Shown here piece by piece: positions 25,801 through 39,181 of a stretch of DNA of 64,000 nt (the stretch's first letter is position 1; the number at the start of each line of letters is the position of its first letter). The stretch lies in contig OZ059899.1 of the NCBI GenBank assembly GCA_964057225.1, positions 868,001 to 932,000 on the forward strand, read 5' to 3'. A model generated the notes under the pieces. That model did no database searches. It was not told the DNA's origin and saw nothing but the letters and a program-made list of their open reading frames with translations. The position numbers were made by a program, and so were the translations under genes. The DNA comes from Auanema rhodensis (lineage: Eukaryota > Animalia > Nematoda).

Positions 25801-27075
25801 CATTTTGACAAAAATTTTTTCGAAAAATTTCAAAATAATTTAGCGAAAAGTAGATGTTTTTAGATTCCGTTTTTCAAGGCAAAGACGATGGACAATGTTA
25901 TTCAACGAAAAAAATAATTCTTCAGGGTGAAAATCGAGGATATAAGTGTGAACTTATATCAGTTGATATCTCGGTGCATTTTTAAGCTAGCGCAAATCTG
26001 ATAACACAGATCGACGTAGCTTAAAAATCCGCATCGAATGCACTATACTACATTAAGAAACGCTTAATACAAAAATTAGTTATGATCGTTTGAAAAATGA
26101 TGCATTAGTGTATGTTGAGTTTCCATGTACACTCAACATTGCTTCCAAAAACATTTAGACAAAAATTTTTTTCGAAAAATTTCAAAATAATTTAGCGAAA
26201 AGTAGATGTTTTTAGATTCCGTTTTTCAAGGCAAAGACGATGGACAATGTTATTCATCGAAAAAATTAATTCTTCAGGGTGAAAATCGAGGATATAAGTG
26301 TGAACTTATATCAGTTGATATCTCGGTGCATTTTCAAGCTAGCGCAAATCTGATAACACAGATCGACGCAGCTCAAAAATCCGCATCGAATGCACTATAC
26401 TACATTAAGAAACGCTTAATACAAAAATTAGTTATGATCGTTTGAAAAATGATGCATTAGTGTATGTTGAGTTTCCATGTACACTCAACATTGCTTCCAA
26501 AAACATTTTGACAAAAATTTTCTCGAAAAATTTCAAAATAATTTAGCGAAAAGTAGATGTTTTTAGATTCCGTTTTTCAAGGCAAAGACGATGGACAATG
26601 TTATTCATCGAAAAAATTAATTCTTCAGGGTGAAAATCGAGGATATAAGTGTGAACTTATATCAGTTGATATCTCGGTGCATTTTCAAGCTAGCGCAAAT
26701 CTGATAACACAGATCGACGCAGCTCAAAAATCCGCATCGAATGCACTATACTACATTGAGAAACGCTTAATACAAAAATTAGTTATGATCGTTTGAAAAA
26801 TGATGCATTAGTGTATGTTGAGTTTCCATGTACACTCAACATTGCTTCCAAAAACATTTTGACAAAAATTTTTTCGAAAAATTTCAAAATAATTTAGCAA
26901 AAAGTAGATGTTTTTAGATTCCGTTTTTCAAGGCAAAGACGATGGACAATGTTATTCAACGAAAAAATTAATTCTTCAGGGTGAAAATCGAGGATATAAG
27001 TGTGAACTTATATCAGTTGATATCTCGGTGCATTTTCAAGCTAGCGCAAATCTGATAACACAGATCGACGCAGCT
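16836..27075 (+). repeat. Long higher-order/segmental duplicate of 1-10240 (offset 16,835 bp, about 48 monomers)
   Basis: The ORF pattern and rare variants recur at +16,835 (256/17091, 4456/21291, 8317/25152, 9722/26557). One difference noticed at 6682/23517. The match ends at 10241/27076. Confidence 0.9.
17940..19266 (-). repeat. Inverted satellite cassette, copy 2
   Basis: Same three junctions as copy 1 at offset +16,835. Shares the private GCCTCG variant (19045) with copy 1 (2210). Confidence 0.97.
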
Positions 27076-27258
27076 CAAAAATCCGCATCGAATGCACTAT
27101 ACTACATTGAGAAACGCTTAATACAAAAATTAGTTATGATCGTTTGAAAAATGATGCATTAGTGTATGTTGAGTTTCCATGTACACTCAACATTGCTTCC
27201 AAAAACATTTTGACAAAAATTTTTTCGAAAAATTTCAAGATAATTTAGCGAAAAGTAG

Positions 27259-30200
27259 ATGTTTTTAGATTCCGTTTTTCAAGGCAAAGACGATGGACAA
27301 TGTTATTCAACGAAAAAATTAATTCTTCAGGGTGAAAATCGAGGATATAAGTGTGAACTTATATCAGTTGATATCTCGGTGCATTTTCAAGCTAGCGCAA
27401 ATCTGATAACACAGATCGACGCAGCTCAAAAATCCGCATCGAATGCACTATACTACATTAAGAAACGCTTAATACAAAAATTAGTTATGATCGTTTGAAA
27501 AATTATGCATTAGTGTATGTTGAGTTTCCATGTACACTCAACATTGCTTCCAAAAACATTTTGACAAAAATTTTTTCGAAAAATTTCAAAATAATTTAGC
27601 GAAAAGTAGATGTTTTTAGATTCCGTTTTTCAAGGCAAAGACGATGGACAATGTTATTCAACGAAAAAAATAATTCTTCAGGGTGAAAATCGAGGATATA
27701 AGTGTGAACTTATATCAGTTGATATCTCGGTGCATTTTTAAGCTAGCGCAAATCTGATAACACAGATCGACGTAGCTTAAAAATCCGCATCGAATGCACT
27801 ATACTACATTAAGAAACGCTTAATACAAAAATTAGTTATGATCGTTTGAAAAATGATGCATTAGTGTATGTTGAGTTTCCATGTACACTCAACATTGCTT
27901 CCAAAAACATTTAGACAAAAATTTTTTTCGAAAAATTTCAAAATAATTTAGCGAAAAGTAGATGTTTTTAGATTCCGTTTTTCAAGGCAAAGACGATGGA
28001 CAATGTTATTCATCGAAAAAATTAATTCTTCAGGGTGAAAATCGAGGATATAAGTGTGAACTTATATCAGTTGATATCTCGGTGCATTTTCAAGCTAGCG
28101 CAAATCTGATAACACAGATCGACGCAGCTCAAAAATCCGCATCGAATGCACTATACTACATTAAGAAACGCTTAATACAAAAATTAGTTATGATCGTTTG
28201 AAAAATGATGCATTAGTGTATGTTGAGTTTCCATGTACACTCAACATTGCTTCCAAAAACATTTTGACAAAAATTTTCTCGAAAAATTTCAAAATAATTT
28301 AGCGAAAAGTAGATGTTTTTAGATTCCGTTTTTCAAGGCAAAGACGATGGACAATGTTATTCATCGAAAAAATTAATTCTTCAGGGTGAAAATCGAGGAT
28401 ATAAGTGTGAACTTATATCAGTTGATATCTCGGTGCATTTTCAAGCTAGCGCAAATCTGATAACACAGATCGACGCAGCTCAAAAATCCGCATCGAATGC
28501 ACTATACTACATTGAGAAACGCTTAATACAAAAATTAGTTATGATCGTTTGAAAAATGATGCATTAGTGTATGTTGAGTTTCCATGTACACTCAACATTG
28601 CTTCCAAAAACATTTTGACAAAAATTTTTTCGAAAAATTTCAAAATAATTTAGCAAAAAGTAGATGTTTTTAGATTCCGTTTTTCAAGGCAAAGACGATG
28701 GACAATGTTATTCAACGAAAAAAATAATTCTTCAGGGTGAAAATCGAGGATATAAGTGTGAACTTATATCAGTTGATATCTCGGTGCTTTTTTAAGCTAG
28801 CGCAAATCTGCTAATGCATCATTTTTCAAACAATCATAACTAATTTTTGTATTAAGCGTTTCTCAATGTAGTATAGTGCATTCGATGCGGATTTTTGAGC
28901 TGCGTCGATCTGTGTTATCAGATTTGCGCTAGCTTAAAAAAGCACCGAGATATCAACTGATATAAGTTCACACTTATATCCTCGATTTTCACCCTGAAGA
29001 ATTATTTTTTTCGTTGAATAACATTGTCCATCGTCTTTGCCTTGAAAAACGGAATCTAAAAACATCTACTTTTTGCTAAATTATTTTGAAATTTTTCGAA
29101 AAAATTTTTGTCAAAATGTTTTTGGAAGCAATGTTGAGTGTACATGGAAACTCAACATACACTAATGCATCATTTTTCAAACGATCATAACTAATTTTTG
29201 TATTAAGCGTTTCTCAATGTAGTAATCTAAAAACATCTACTTTTCGCTAAATTATTTTGAAATTTTTCGAAAAAATTTTTGTCAAAATGTTTTTGGAAGC
29301 AATGTTGAGTGTACATGGAAACTCAACATACACTAATGCATCATTTTTCAAACGATCATAACTAATTTTTGTATTAAGCGTTTCTCAATGTAGTATAGTG
29401 CATTCGATGCGGATTTTTAAGCTGCGTCGATCTGTGTTATCAGTTTTGCGCTAGCTTAAAAAAGCACCGAGATATCAACTGATATAAGTTCCCACTTATA
29501 TCCTCGATTTTCACCCTGAAGAATTAATTTTTTCGTTGAATAACATTGTCCATCGTCTTTGCCTTGAAAAACGGAATCTAAAAACATCTACTTTTCGCTA
29601 AATTATTTTGAAATTTTTCGAAAAAATTTTTGTCAAAATGTTTTTGGAAGCAATGTTGAGTGTACATGGAAACTCAACATACACTAATGCATCATTTTTC
29701 AAACGATCATAACTAATTTTTGTATTAAGCGTTTCTCAATGTAGTATAGTGCATTCGATGCGGATTGTTGAGCTGCGTCGATCTGTGTTATCAGATTTGC
29801 GCTAGCTTAAAAATGCACCGAGATATCAACTGATATGAGTTCACACATATATCCTCGATTTTCACCCTGAAGAATTAATTTTTTCGTTGAATAACATTGT
29901 CCATCGTCTTTGCCTTGAAAAAAGGAATCTAAAAACATCTACTTTTTGCTAAATTATTTTGAAATTTTTCGAAAAAATTTTTGTCAAAATGTTTTTGGAA
30001 GCAATGTTGAGTGTACATGGAAACTCAACATACACTAATGCATCATTTTTCAAACGATCATAACTAATTTTTGTATTAAGCGTTTCTCAATGTAGTATAG
30101 TGCATTCGATGCGGATTTTTAAGCTGCGTCGATCTGTAAGGATATAAGTGGGAACTTATATCAGTTGATATCTCGGTGCTTTTTTAAGCTAGCGCAAAAC

Positions 30201-30925
30201 TGATAACACAGATCGACGCAGCTTAAAAATCCGCATCGAATGCACTATACTACATTGAGAAACGCTTAATACAAAAATTAGTTATGATCGTTTGAAAAAT
30301 GATGCATTAGTGTATGTTGAGTTTCCATGTACACTCAACATTGCTTCCAAAAACATTTTGACAAAAATTTTTTCGAAAAATTTCAAAATAATTTAGCAAA
30401 AAGTAGATGTTTTTAGATTCCTTTTTTCAAGGCAAAGACGATGGACAATGTTATTCAACGAAAAAATTAATTCTTCAGGGTGAAAATCGAGGATATATGT
30501 GTGAACTCATATCAGTTGATATCTCGGTGCATTTTTAAGCTAGCGCAAATCTGATAACACAGATCGACGCAGCTCAACAATCCGCATCGAATGCACTATA
30601 CTACATTGAGAAACGCTTAATACAAAAATTAGTTATGATCGTTTGAAAAATGATGCATTAGTGTATGTTGAGTTTCCATGTACACTCAACATTGCTTCCA
30701 AAAACATTTTGACAAAAATTTTTTCGAAAAATTTCAAAATAATTTAGCGAAAAGTAGATGTTTTTAGATTCCGTTTTTCAAGGCAAAGACGATGGACAAT
30801 GTTATTCAACGAAAAAATTAATTCTTCAGGGTGAAAATCGAGGATATAAGTGGGAACTTATATCAGTTGATATCTCGGTGCTTTTTTAAGCTAGCGCAAA
30901 ACTGATAACACAGATCGACGCAGCT
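27259..30925 (+). repeat. Duplicate of about 16388-20054 (offset 10,871 bp) carrying cassette copy 3
   Basis: Markers AATTATGC, GACGTAGC, CATTTAGAC, TTCATCG and the inversion recur at +10,871 (16388/27259, 17091/27962, 17442/28313). Confidence 0.85.
28811..30137 (-). repeat. Inverted satellite cassette, copy 3
   Basis: Same junctions at offset +27,706 from copy 1. Has consensus GCCTTG at 29916. Confidence 0.97.
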
Positions 30926-33900
30926 CAAAAATCCGCATCGAATGCACTATACTACATTGAGAAACGCTTAATACAAAAATTAGTTATGATCGTTTGAAAA
31001 ATGATGCATTAGTGTATGTTGAGTTTCCATGTACACTCAACATTGCTTCCAAAAACATTTTGACAAAAATTTTTTCGAAAAATTTCAAGATAATTTAGCA
31101 AAAAGTAGATGTTTTTAGATTCCGTTTTTCAAGGCAAAGACGATGGACAATGTTATTCAACGAAAAAATTAATTCTTCAGGGTGAAAATTGAGGATATAA
31201 GTGTGAACTTATATCAGTTGATATCTCGGTGCATTTTCAAGCTAGCGCAAATCTGATAACACAGATCGACGCAGCTCAACAATCCGCATCGAATGCACTA
31301 TACTACATTGAGAAACGCTTAATACAAAAATTAGTTATGATCGTTTGAAAAATGATGCATTAGTGTATGTTGAGTTTCCATGTACACTCAACATTGCTTC
31401 CAAAAACATTTTGACAAAAATTTTTTCGAAAAATTTCAAGATAATTTAGCGAAAAGTAGATGTTTTTAGATTCCGTTTTTCAAGGCAAAGACGATGGACA
31501 ATGTTATTCAACGAAAAAATTAATTCTTCAGGGTGAAAATCGAGGATATAAGTGTGAACATATATCAGTTGATATCTCGGTGCATTTTCAAGCTAGCGCA
31601 AATCTGATAACACAGATCGACGCAGCTCAAAAATCCGCATCGAATGCACTATACTACATCGAGAAACGCTTAATACAAAAATTAGTTATGATCGTTTGAA
31701 AAATGATGCATTAGTGTATGTTGAGTTTCCATGTACACTCAACATTGCTTCCAAAAACATTTTGACAAAAATTTTTTCAAAAAATTTCAAGATAATTTAG
31801 CGAAAAGTAGATGTTTTTAGATTCCGTTTTTCAAGGCAAAGACGATGGACAATGTTATTCAACGAAAAAATTAATTCTTCAGGGTGAAAATCGAGGATAT
31901 ATGTGTGAACTCATATCAGTTGATATCTCGGTGCATTTTTAAGCTAGCGCAAATCTGATAACACAGATCGACGCAGCTCAACAATCCGCATCGAATGCAC
32001 TATACTACATTGAGAAACGCTTAATACAAAAATTAGTTATGATCGTTTGAAAAATGATGCATTAGTGTATGTTGAGTTTCCATGTACACTCAACATTGCT
32101 TCCAAAAACATTTTGACAAAAATTTTTTCGAAAAATTTCAAAATAATTTAGCGAAAAGTAGATGTTTTTAGATTCCGTTTTTCAAGGCAAAGACGATGGA
32201 CAATGTTATTCAACGAAAAAATTAATTCTTCAGGGTGAAAATCGAGGATATAAGTGGGAACTTATATCAGTTGATATCTCGGTGCTTTTTTAAGCTAGCG
32301 CAAAACTGATAACACAGATCGACGCAGCTTAAAAATCCGCATCGAATGCACTATACTACATTGAGAAACGCTTAATACAAAAATTAGTTATGATCGTTTG
32401 AAAAATGATGCATTAGTGTATGTTGAGTTTCCATGTACACTCAACATTGCTTCCAAAAACATTTTGACAAAAATTTTTTCGAAAAATTTCAAAATAATTT
32501 AGCGAAAAGTAGATGTTTTTAGATTCCGTTTTTCAAGGCAAAGACGATGGACAATGTTATTCAACGAAAAAATTAATTCTTCAGGGTGAAAATCGAGGAT
32601 ATAAGTGGGAACTTATATCAGTTGATATCTCGGTGCTTTTTTAAGCTAGCGCAAAACTGATAACACAGATCGACGCAGCTTAAAAATCCGCATCGAATGC
32701 ACTATACTACATTGAGAAACGCTTAATACAAAAATTAGTTATGATCGTTTGAAAAATGATGCATTAGTGTATGTTGAGTTTCCATGTACACTCAACATTG
32801 CTTCCAAAAACATTTTGACAAAAATTTTTTCGAAAAATTTCAAAATAATTTAGCGAAAAGTAGATGTTTTTAGATTCCGTTTTTCAAGGCAAAGACGATG
32901 GACAATGTTATTCAACGAAAAAATTAATTCTTCAGGGTGAAAATCGAGGATATAAGTGGGAACTTATATCAGTTGATATCTCGGTGCATTTTTAAGCTAG
33001 CGCAAATCTGATAACACAGATCGACGCAGCTCAACAATCCGCATCGAATGCACTATACTACATTGAGAAACGCTTAATACAAAAATTAGTTATGATCGTT
33101 TGAAAAATGATGCATTAGTGTATGTTGAGTTTCCATGTACACTCAACATTGCTTCCAAAAACATTTTGACAAAAATTTTTTCGAAAAATTTCAAGATAAT
33201 TTAGCGAAAAGTAGATGTTTTTAGATTCCGTTTTTCAAGGCAAAGACGATGGACAATGTTATTCAACGAAAAAATTAATTCTTCAGGGTGAAAATCGAGG
33301 ATATAAGTGTGAACATATATCAGTTGATATCTCGGTGCATTTTCAAGCTAGCGCAAATCTGATAACACAGATCGACGCAGCTCAAAAATCCGCATCGAAT
33401 GCACTATACTACATTGAGAAACGCTTAATACAAAAATTAGTTATGATCGTTTGAAAAATGATGCATTAGTGTATGTTGAGTTTCCATGTACACTCAACAT
33501 TGCTTCCAAAAACATTTTGACAAAAAATTTTTCGAAAAATTTCAAGATAATTTAGCGAAAAGTAGATGTTTTTAGATTCCGTTTTTCAAGGCAAAGACGA
33601 TGGACAATGTTATTCAACGAAAAAATTAATTCTTCAGGGTGAAAATTGAGGATATAAGTGTGAACTTATATCAGTTGATATCTCGGTGCATTTTCAAGCT
33701 AGCGCAAATCTGATAACACAGATCGACGCAGCTCAAAAATCCGCATCGAATGCACTATACTACATTAAGAAACGCTTAATACAAAAATTAGTTATGATCG
33801 TTTGAAAAATGATGCATTAGTGTATGTTGAGTTTCCATGTACACTCAACATTGCTTCCAAAAACATTTTGACAAAAATTTTTTCGAAAAATTTCAAAATA

Positions 33901-36900
33901 ATTTAGCAAAAAGTAGATGTTTTTAGATTCCGTTTTTCAAAGCAAAGACGATGGACAATGTTATTCAACGAAAAAAATAATTCTTCAGGGTGAAAATCGA
34001 GGATATAAGTGGGAACTTATATCAGTTGATATCTCGGTGCTTTTTTAAGCTAGCGCAAAACTGATAACACAGATCGACGCAGCTTAAAAATCCGCATCGA
34101 ATGCACTATACTACATTGAGAAACGCTTAATACAAAAATTAGTTATGATCGTTTGAAAAATGATGCATTAGTGTATGTTGAGTTTCCATGTACACTCAAC
34201 ATTGCTTCCAAAAACATTTTGACAAAAATTTTTTCGAAAAATTTCAAAATAATTTAGCAAAAAGTAGATGTTTTTAGATTCCTTTTTTCAAGGCAAAGAC
34301 GATGGACAATGTTATTCAACGAAAAAATTAATTCTTCAGGGTGAAAATCGAGGATATAAGTGTGAACTTATATCAGTTGATATCTCGGTGCTTTTTTAAG
34401 CTAGCGCAAATCTGATAACACAGATCGACGCAGCTTAAAAATCCGCATCGAATGCACTATACTACATTGAGAAACGCTTAATACAAAAATTAGTTATGAT
34501 CGTTTGAAAAATGATGCATTAGTGTATGTTGAGTTTCCATGTACACTCAACATTGCTTCCAAAAACATTTTGACAAAAATTTTTTCGAAAAATTTCAAAA
34601 TAATTTAGCAAAAAGTAGATGTTTTTAGATTCCGTTTTTCAAGGCAAAGACGATGAACAATGTTATTCAACGAAAAAAATAATTCTTCAGGGTGAAAATC
34701 GAGGATATAAGTGTGAACTTATATCAGTTGATATCTCGGTGCTTTTTTAAGCTAGCGCAAATCTGATAACACAGATCGACGCAGCTTAAAAATCCGCATC
34801 GAATGCACTATACTACATTGAGAAACGCTTAATACAAAAATTAGTTATGATCGTTTGAAAAATGATGCATTAGTGTATGTTGAGTTTCCATGTACACTCA
34901 ACATTGCTTCCAAAAACATTTTGACAAAAATTTTTTCGAAAAATTTCAAGATAATTTAGCGAAAAGTAGATGTTTTTAGATTCCGTTTTTCAAGGCAAAG
35001 ACGATGGACAATGTTATTCAACGAAAAAATTAATTCTTCAGGGTGAAAATCGAGGATATAAGTGTGAACATATATCAGTTGATATCTCGGTGCATTTTCA
35101 AGCTAGCGCAAATCTGATAACACAGATCGACGCAGCTCAAAAATCCGCATCGAATGCACTATACTACATTGAGAAACGCTTAATACAAAAATTAGTTATG
35201 ATCGTTTGAAAAATGATGCATTAGTGTATGTTGAGTTTCCATGTACACTCAACATTGCTTCCAAAAACATTTTGACAAAAATTTTTTCGAAAAATTTCAA
35301 GATAATTTAGCGAAAAGTAGATGTTTTTAGATTCCGTTTTTCAAGGCAAAGACGATGGACAATGTTATTCAACGAAAAAATTAATTCTTCAGGGTGAAAA
35401 TCGAGGATATATGTGTGAACTCATATCAGTTGATATCTCGGTGCATTTTTAAGCTAGCGCAAATCTGATAACACAGATCGACGCAGCTCAACAATCCGCA
35501 TCGAATGCACTATACTACATTGAGAAACGCTTAATACAAAAATTAGTTATGATCGTTTGAAAAATGATGCATTAGTGTATGTTGAGTTTCCATGTACACT
35601 CAACATTGCTTCCAAAAACATTTTGACAAAAATTTTTTCGAAAAATTTCAAAATAATTTAGCGAAAAGTAGATGTTTTTAGATTCCGTTTTTCAAGGCAA
35701 AGACGATGGACAATGTTATTCAACGAAAAAATTAATTCTTCAGGGTGAAAATCGAGGATATAAGTGGGAACTTATATCAGTTGATATCTCGGTGCTTTTT
35801 TAAGCTAGCGCAAAACTGATAACACAGATCGACGCAGCTTAAAAATCCGCATCGAATGCACTATACTACATTGAGAAACGCTTAATACAAAAATTAGTTA
35901 TGATCGTTTGAAAAATGATGCATTAGTGTATGTTGAGTTTCCATGTACACTCAACATTGCTTCCAAAAACATTTTGACAAAAATTTTTTCGAAAAATTTC
36001 AAAATAATTTAGCGAAAAGTAGATGTTTTTAGATTCCGTTTTTCAAGGCAAAGACGATGGACAATGTTATTCAACGAAAAAATTAATTCTTCAGGGTGAA
36101 AATCGAGGATATAAGTGGGAACTTATATCAGTTGATATCTCGGTGCATTTTTAAGCTAGCGCAAATCTGATAACACAGATCGACGCAGCTCAACAATCCG
36201 CATCGAATGCACTATACTACATTGAGAAACGCTTAATACAAAAATTAGTTATGATCGTTTGAAAAATGATGCATTAGTGTATGTTGAGTTTCCATGTACA
36301 CTCAACATTGCTTCCAAAAACATTTTGACAAAAATTTTTTCGAAAAATTTCAAGATAATTTAGCGAAAAGTAGATGTTTTTAGATTCCGTTTTTCAAGGC
36401 AAAGACGATGGACAATGTTATTCAACGAAAAAATTAATTCTTCAGGGTGAAAATCGAGGATATAAGTGTGAACATATATCAGTTGATATCTCGGTGCATT
36501 TTCAAGCTAGCGCAAATCTGATAACACAGATCGACGCAGCTCAAAAATCCGCATCGAATGCACTATACTACATTGAGAAACGCTTAATACAAAAATTAGT
36601 TATGATCGTTTGAAAAATGATGCATTAGTGTATGTTGAGTTTCCATGTACACTCAACATTGCTTCCAAAAACATTTTGACAAAAAATTTTTCGAAAAATT
36701 TCAAGATAATTTAGCGAAAAGTAGATGTTTTTAGATTCCGTTTTTCAAGGCAAAGACGATGGACAATGTTATTCAACGAAAAAATTAATTCTTCAGGGTG
36801 AAAATTGAGGATATAAGTGTGAACTTATATCAGTTGATATCTCGGTGCATTTTCAAGCTAGCGCAAATCTGATAACACAGATCGACGCAGCTCAAAAATC

Positions 36901-39181
36901 CGCATCGAATGCACTATACTACATTAAGAAACGCTTAATACAAAAATTAGTTATGATCGTTTGAAAAATGATGCATTAGTGTATGTTGAGTTTCCATGTA
37001 CACTCAACATTGCTTCCAAAAACATTTTGACAAAAATTTTTTCGAAAAATTTCAAAATAATTTAGCAAAAAGTAGATGTTTTTAGATTCCGTTTTTCAAA
37101 GCAAAGACGATGGACAATGTTATTCAACGAAAAAAATAATTCTTCAGGGTGAAAATCGAGGATATAAGTGGGAACTTATATCAGTTGATATCTCGGTGCT
37201 TTTTTAAGCTAGCGCAAAACTGATAACACAGATCGACGCAGCTTAAAAATCCGCATCGAATGCACTATACTACATTGAGAAACGCTTAATACAAAAATTA
37301 GTTATGATCGTTTGAAAAATGATGCATTAGTGTATGTTGAGTTTCCATGTACACTCAACATTGCTTCCAAAAACATTTTGACAAAAATTTTTTCGAAAAA
37401 TTTCAAAATAATTTAGCAAAAAGTAGATGTTTTTAGATTCCTTTTTTCAAGGCAAAGACGATGGACAATGTTATTCAACGAAAAAATTAATTCTTCAGGG
37501 TGAAAATCGAGGATATAAGTGTGAACTTATATCAGTTGATATCTCGGTGCTTTTTTAAGCTAGCGCAAATCTGATAACACAGATCGACGCAGCTTAAAAA
37601 TCCGCATCGAATGCACTATACTACATTGAGAAACGCTTAATACAAAAATTAGTTATGATCGTTTGAAAAATGATGCATTAGTGTATGTTGAGTTTCCATG
37701 TACACTCAACATTGCTTCCAAAAACATTTTGACAAAAATTTTTTCGAAAAATTTCAAAATAATTTAGCAAAAAGTAGATGTTTTTAGATTCCGTTTTTCA
37801 AGGCAAAGACGATGAACAATGTTATTCAACGAAAAAAATAATTCTTCAGGGTGAAAATCGAGGATATAAGTGTGAACTTATATCAGTTGATATCTCGGTG
37901 CTTTTTTAAGCTAGCGCAAATCTGATAACACAGATCGACGCAGCTCAAAAATCCGCATCGAATGCACTATACTACATTGAGAAACGCTTAATACAAAAAT
38001 TAGTTATGATCGTTTGAAAAATGATGCATTAGTGTATGTTGAGTTTCCATGTACACTCAACATTGCTTCCAAAAACATTTTGACAAAAATTTTTTCGAAA
38101 AATTTCAAGATAATTTAGCAAAAAGTAGATGTTTTTAGATTCCGTTTTTCAAGGCAAAGACGATGAACAATGTTATTCAACGAAAAAAATAATTCTTCAG
38201 GGTGAAAATCGAGGATATAAGTGGGAACTTATATCAGTTGATATCTCGGTGCTTTTTTAAGCTAGCGCAAAACTGATAACACAGATCGACGCAGCTTAAA
38301 AATCCGCATCGAATGCACTATACTACATTGAGAAACGCTTAATACAAAAATTAGTTATGATCGTTTGAAAAATGATGCATTAGTGTATGTTGAGTTTCCA
38401 TGTACACTCAACATTGCTTCCAAAAACATTTTGACAAAAATTTTTTCGAAAAATTTCAAAATAATTTAGCAAAAAGTAGATGTTTTTAGATTCCGTTTTT
38501 CAAGGCAAAGACGATGAACAATGTTATTCAACGAAAAAAATAATTCTTCAGGGTGAAAATCGAGGATATAAGTGTGAACTTATATCAGTTGATATCTCGG
38601 TGCTTTTTTAAGCTAGCGCAAATCTGATAACACAGATCGACGCAGCTCAAAAATCCGCATCGAATGCACTATACTACATTGAGAAACGCTTAATACAAAA
38701 ATTAGTTATGATCGTTTGAAAAATGATGCATTAGTGTATGTTGAGTTTCCATGTACACTCAACATTGCTTCCAAAAACATTTTGACAAAAATTTTTTCGA
38801 AAAATTTCAAGATAATTTAGCAAAAAGTAGATGTTTTTAGATTCCGTTTTTCAAGGCAAAGACGATGAACAATGTTATTCAACGAAAAAAATAATTCTTC
38901 AGGGTGAAAATCGAGGATATAAGTGGGAACTTATATCAGTTGATATCTCGGTGCTTTTTTAAGCTAGCGCAAAACTGATAACACAGATCGACGCAGCTTG
39001 AAAATCCGCATCGAATGCACTATACTACATTGAGAAACGCTTAATACAAAAATTAGTTATGATCGTTTGAAAAATGATGCATTAGTGTATGTTGAGTTTC
39101 CATGTACACTCAACATTGCTTCCAAAAACATTTTGACAAAAATTTTTTCGAAAAATTTCAAAATAATTTAGCGAAAAGTAG

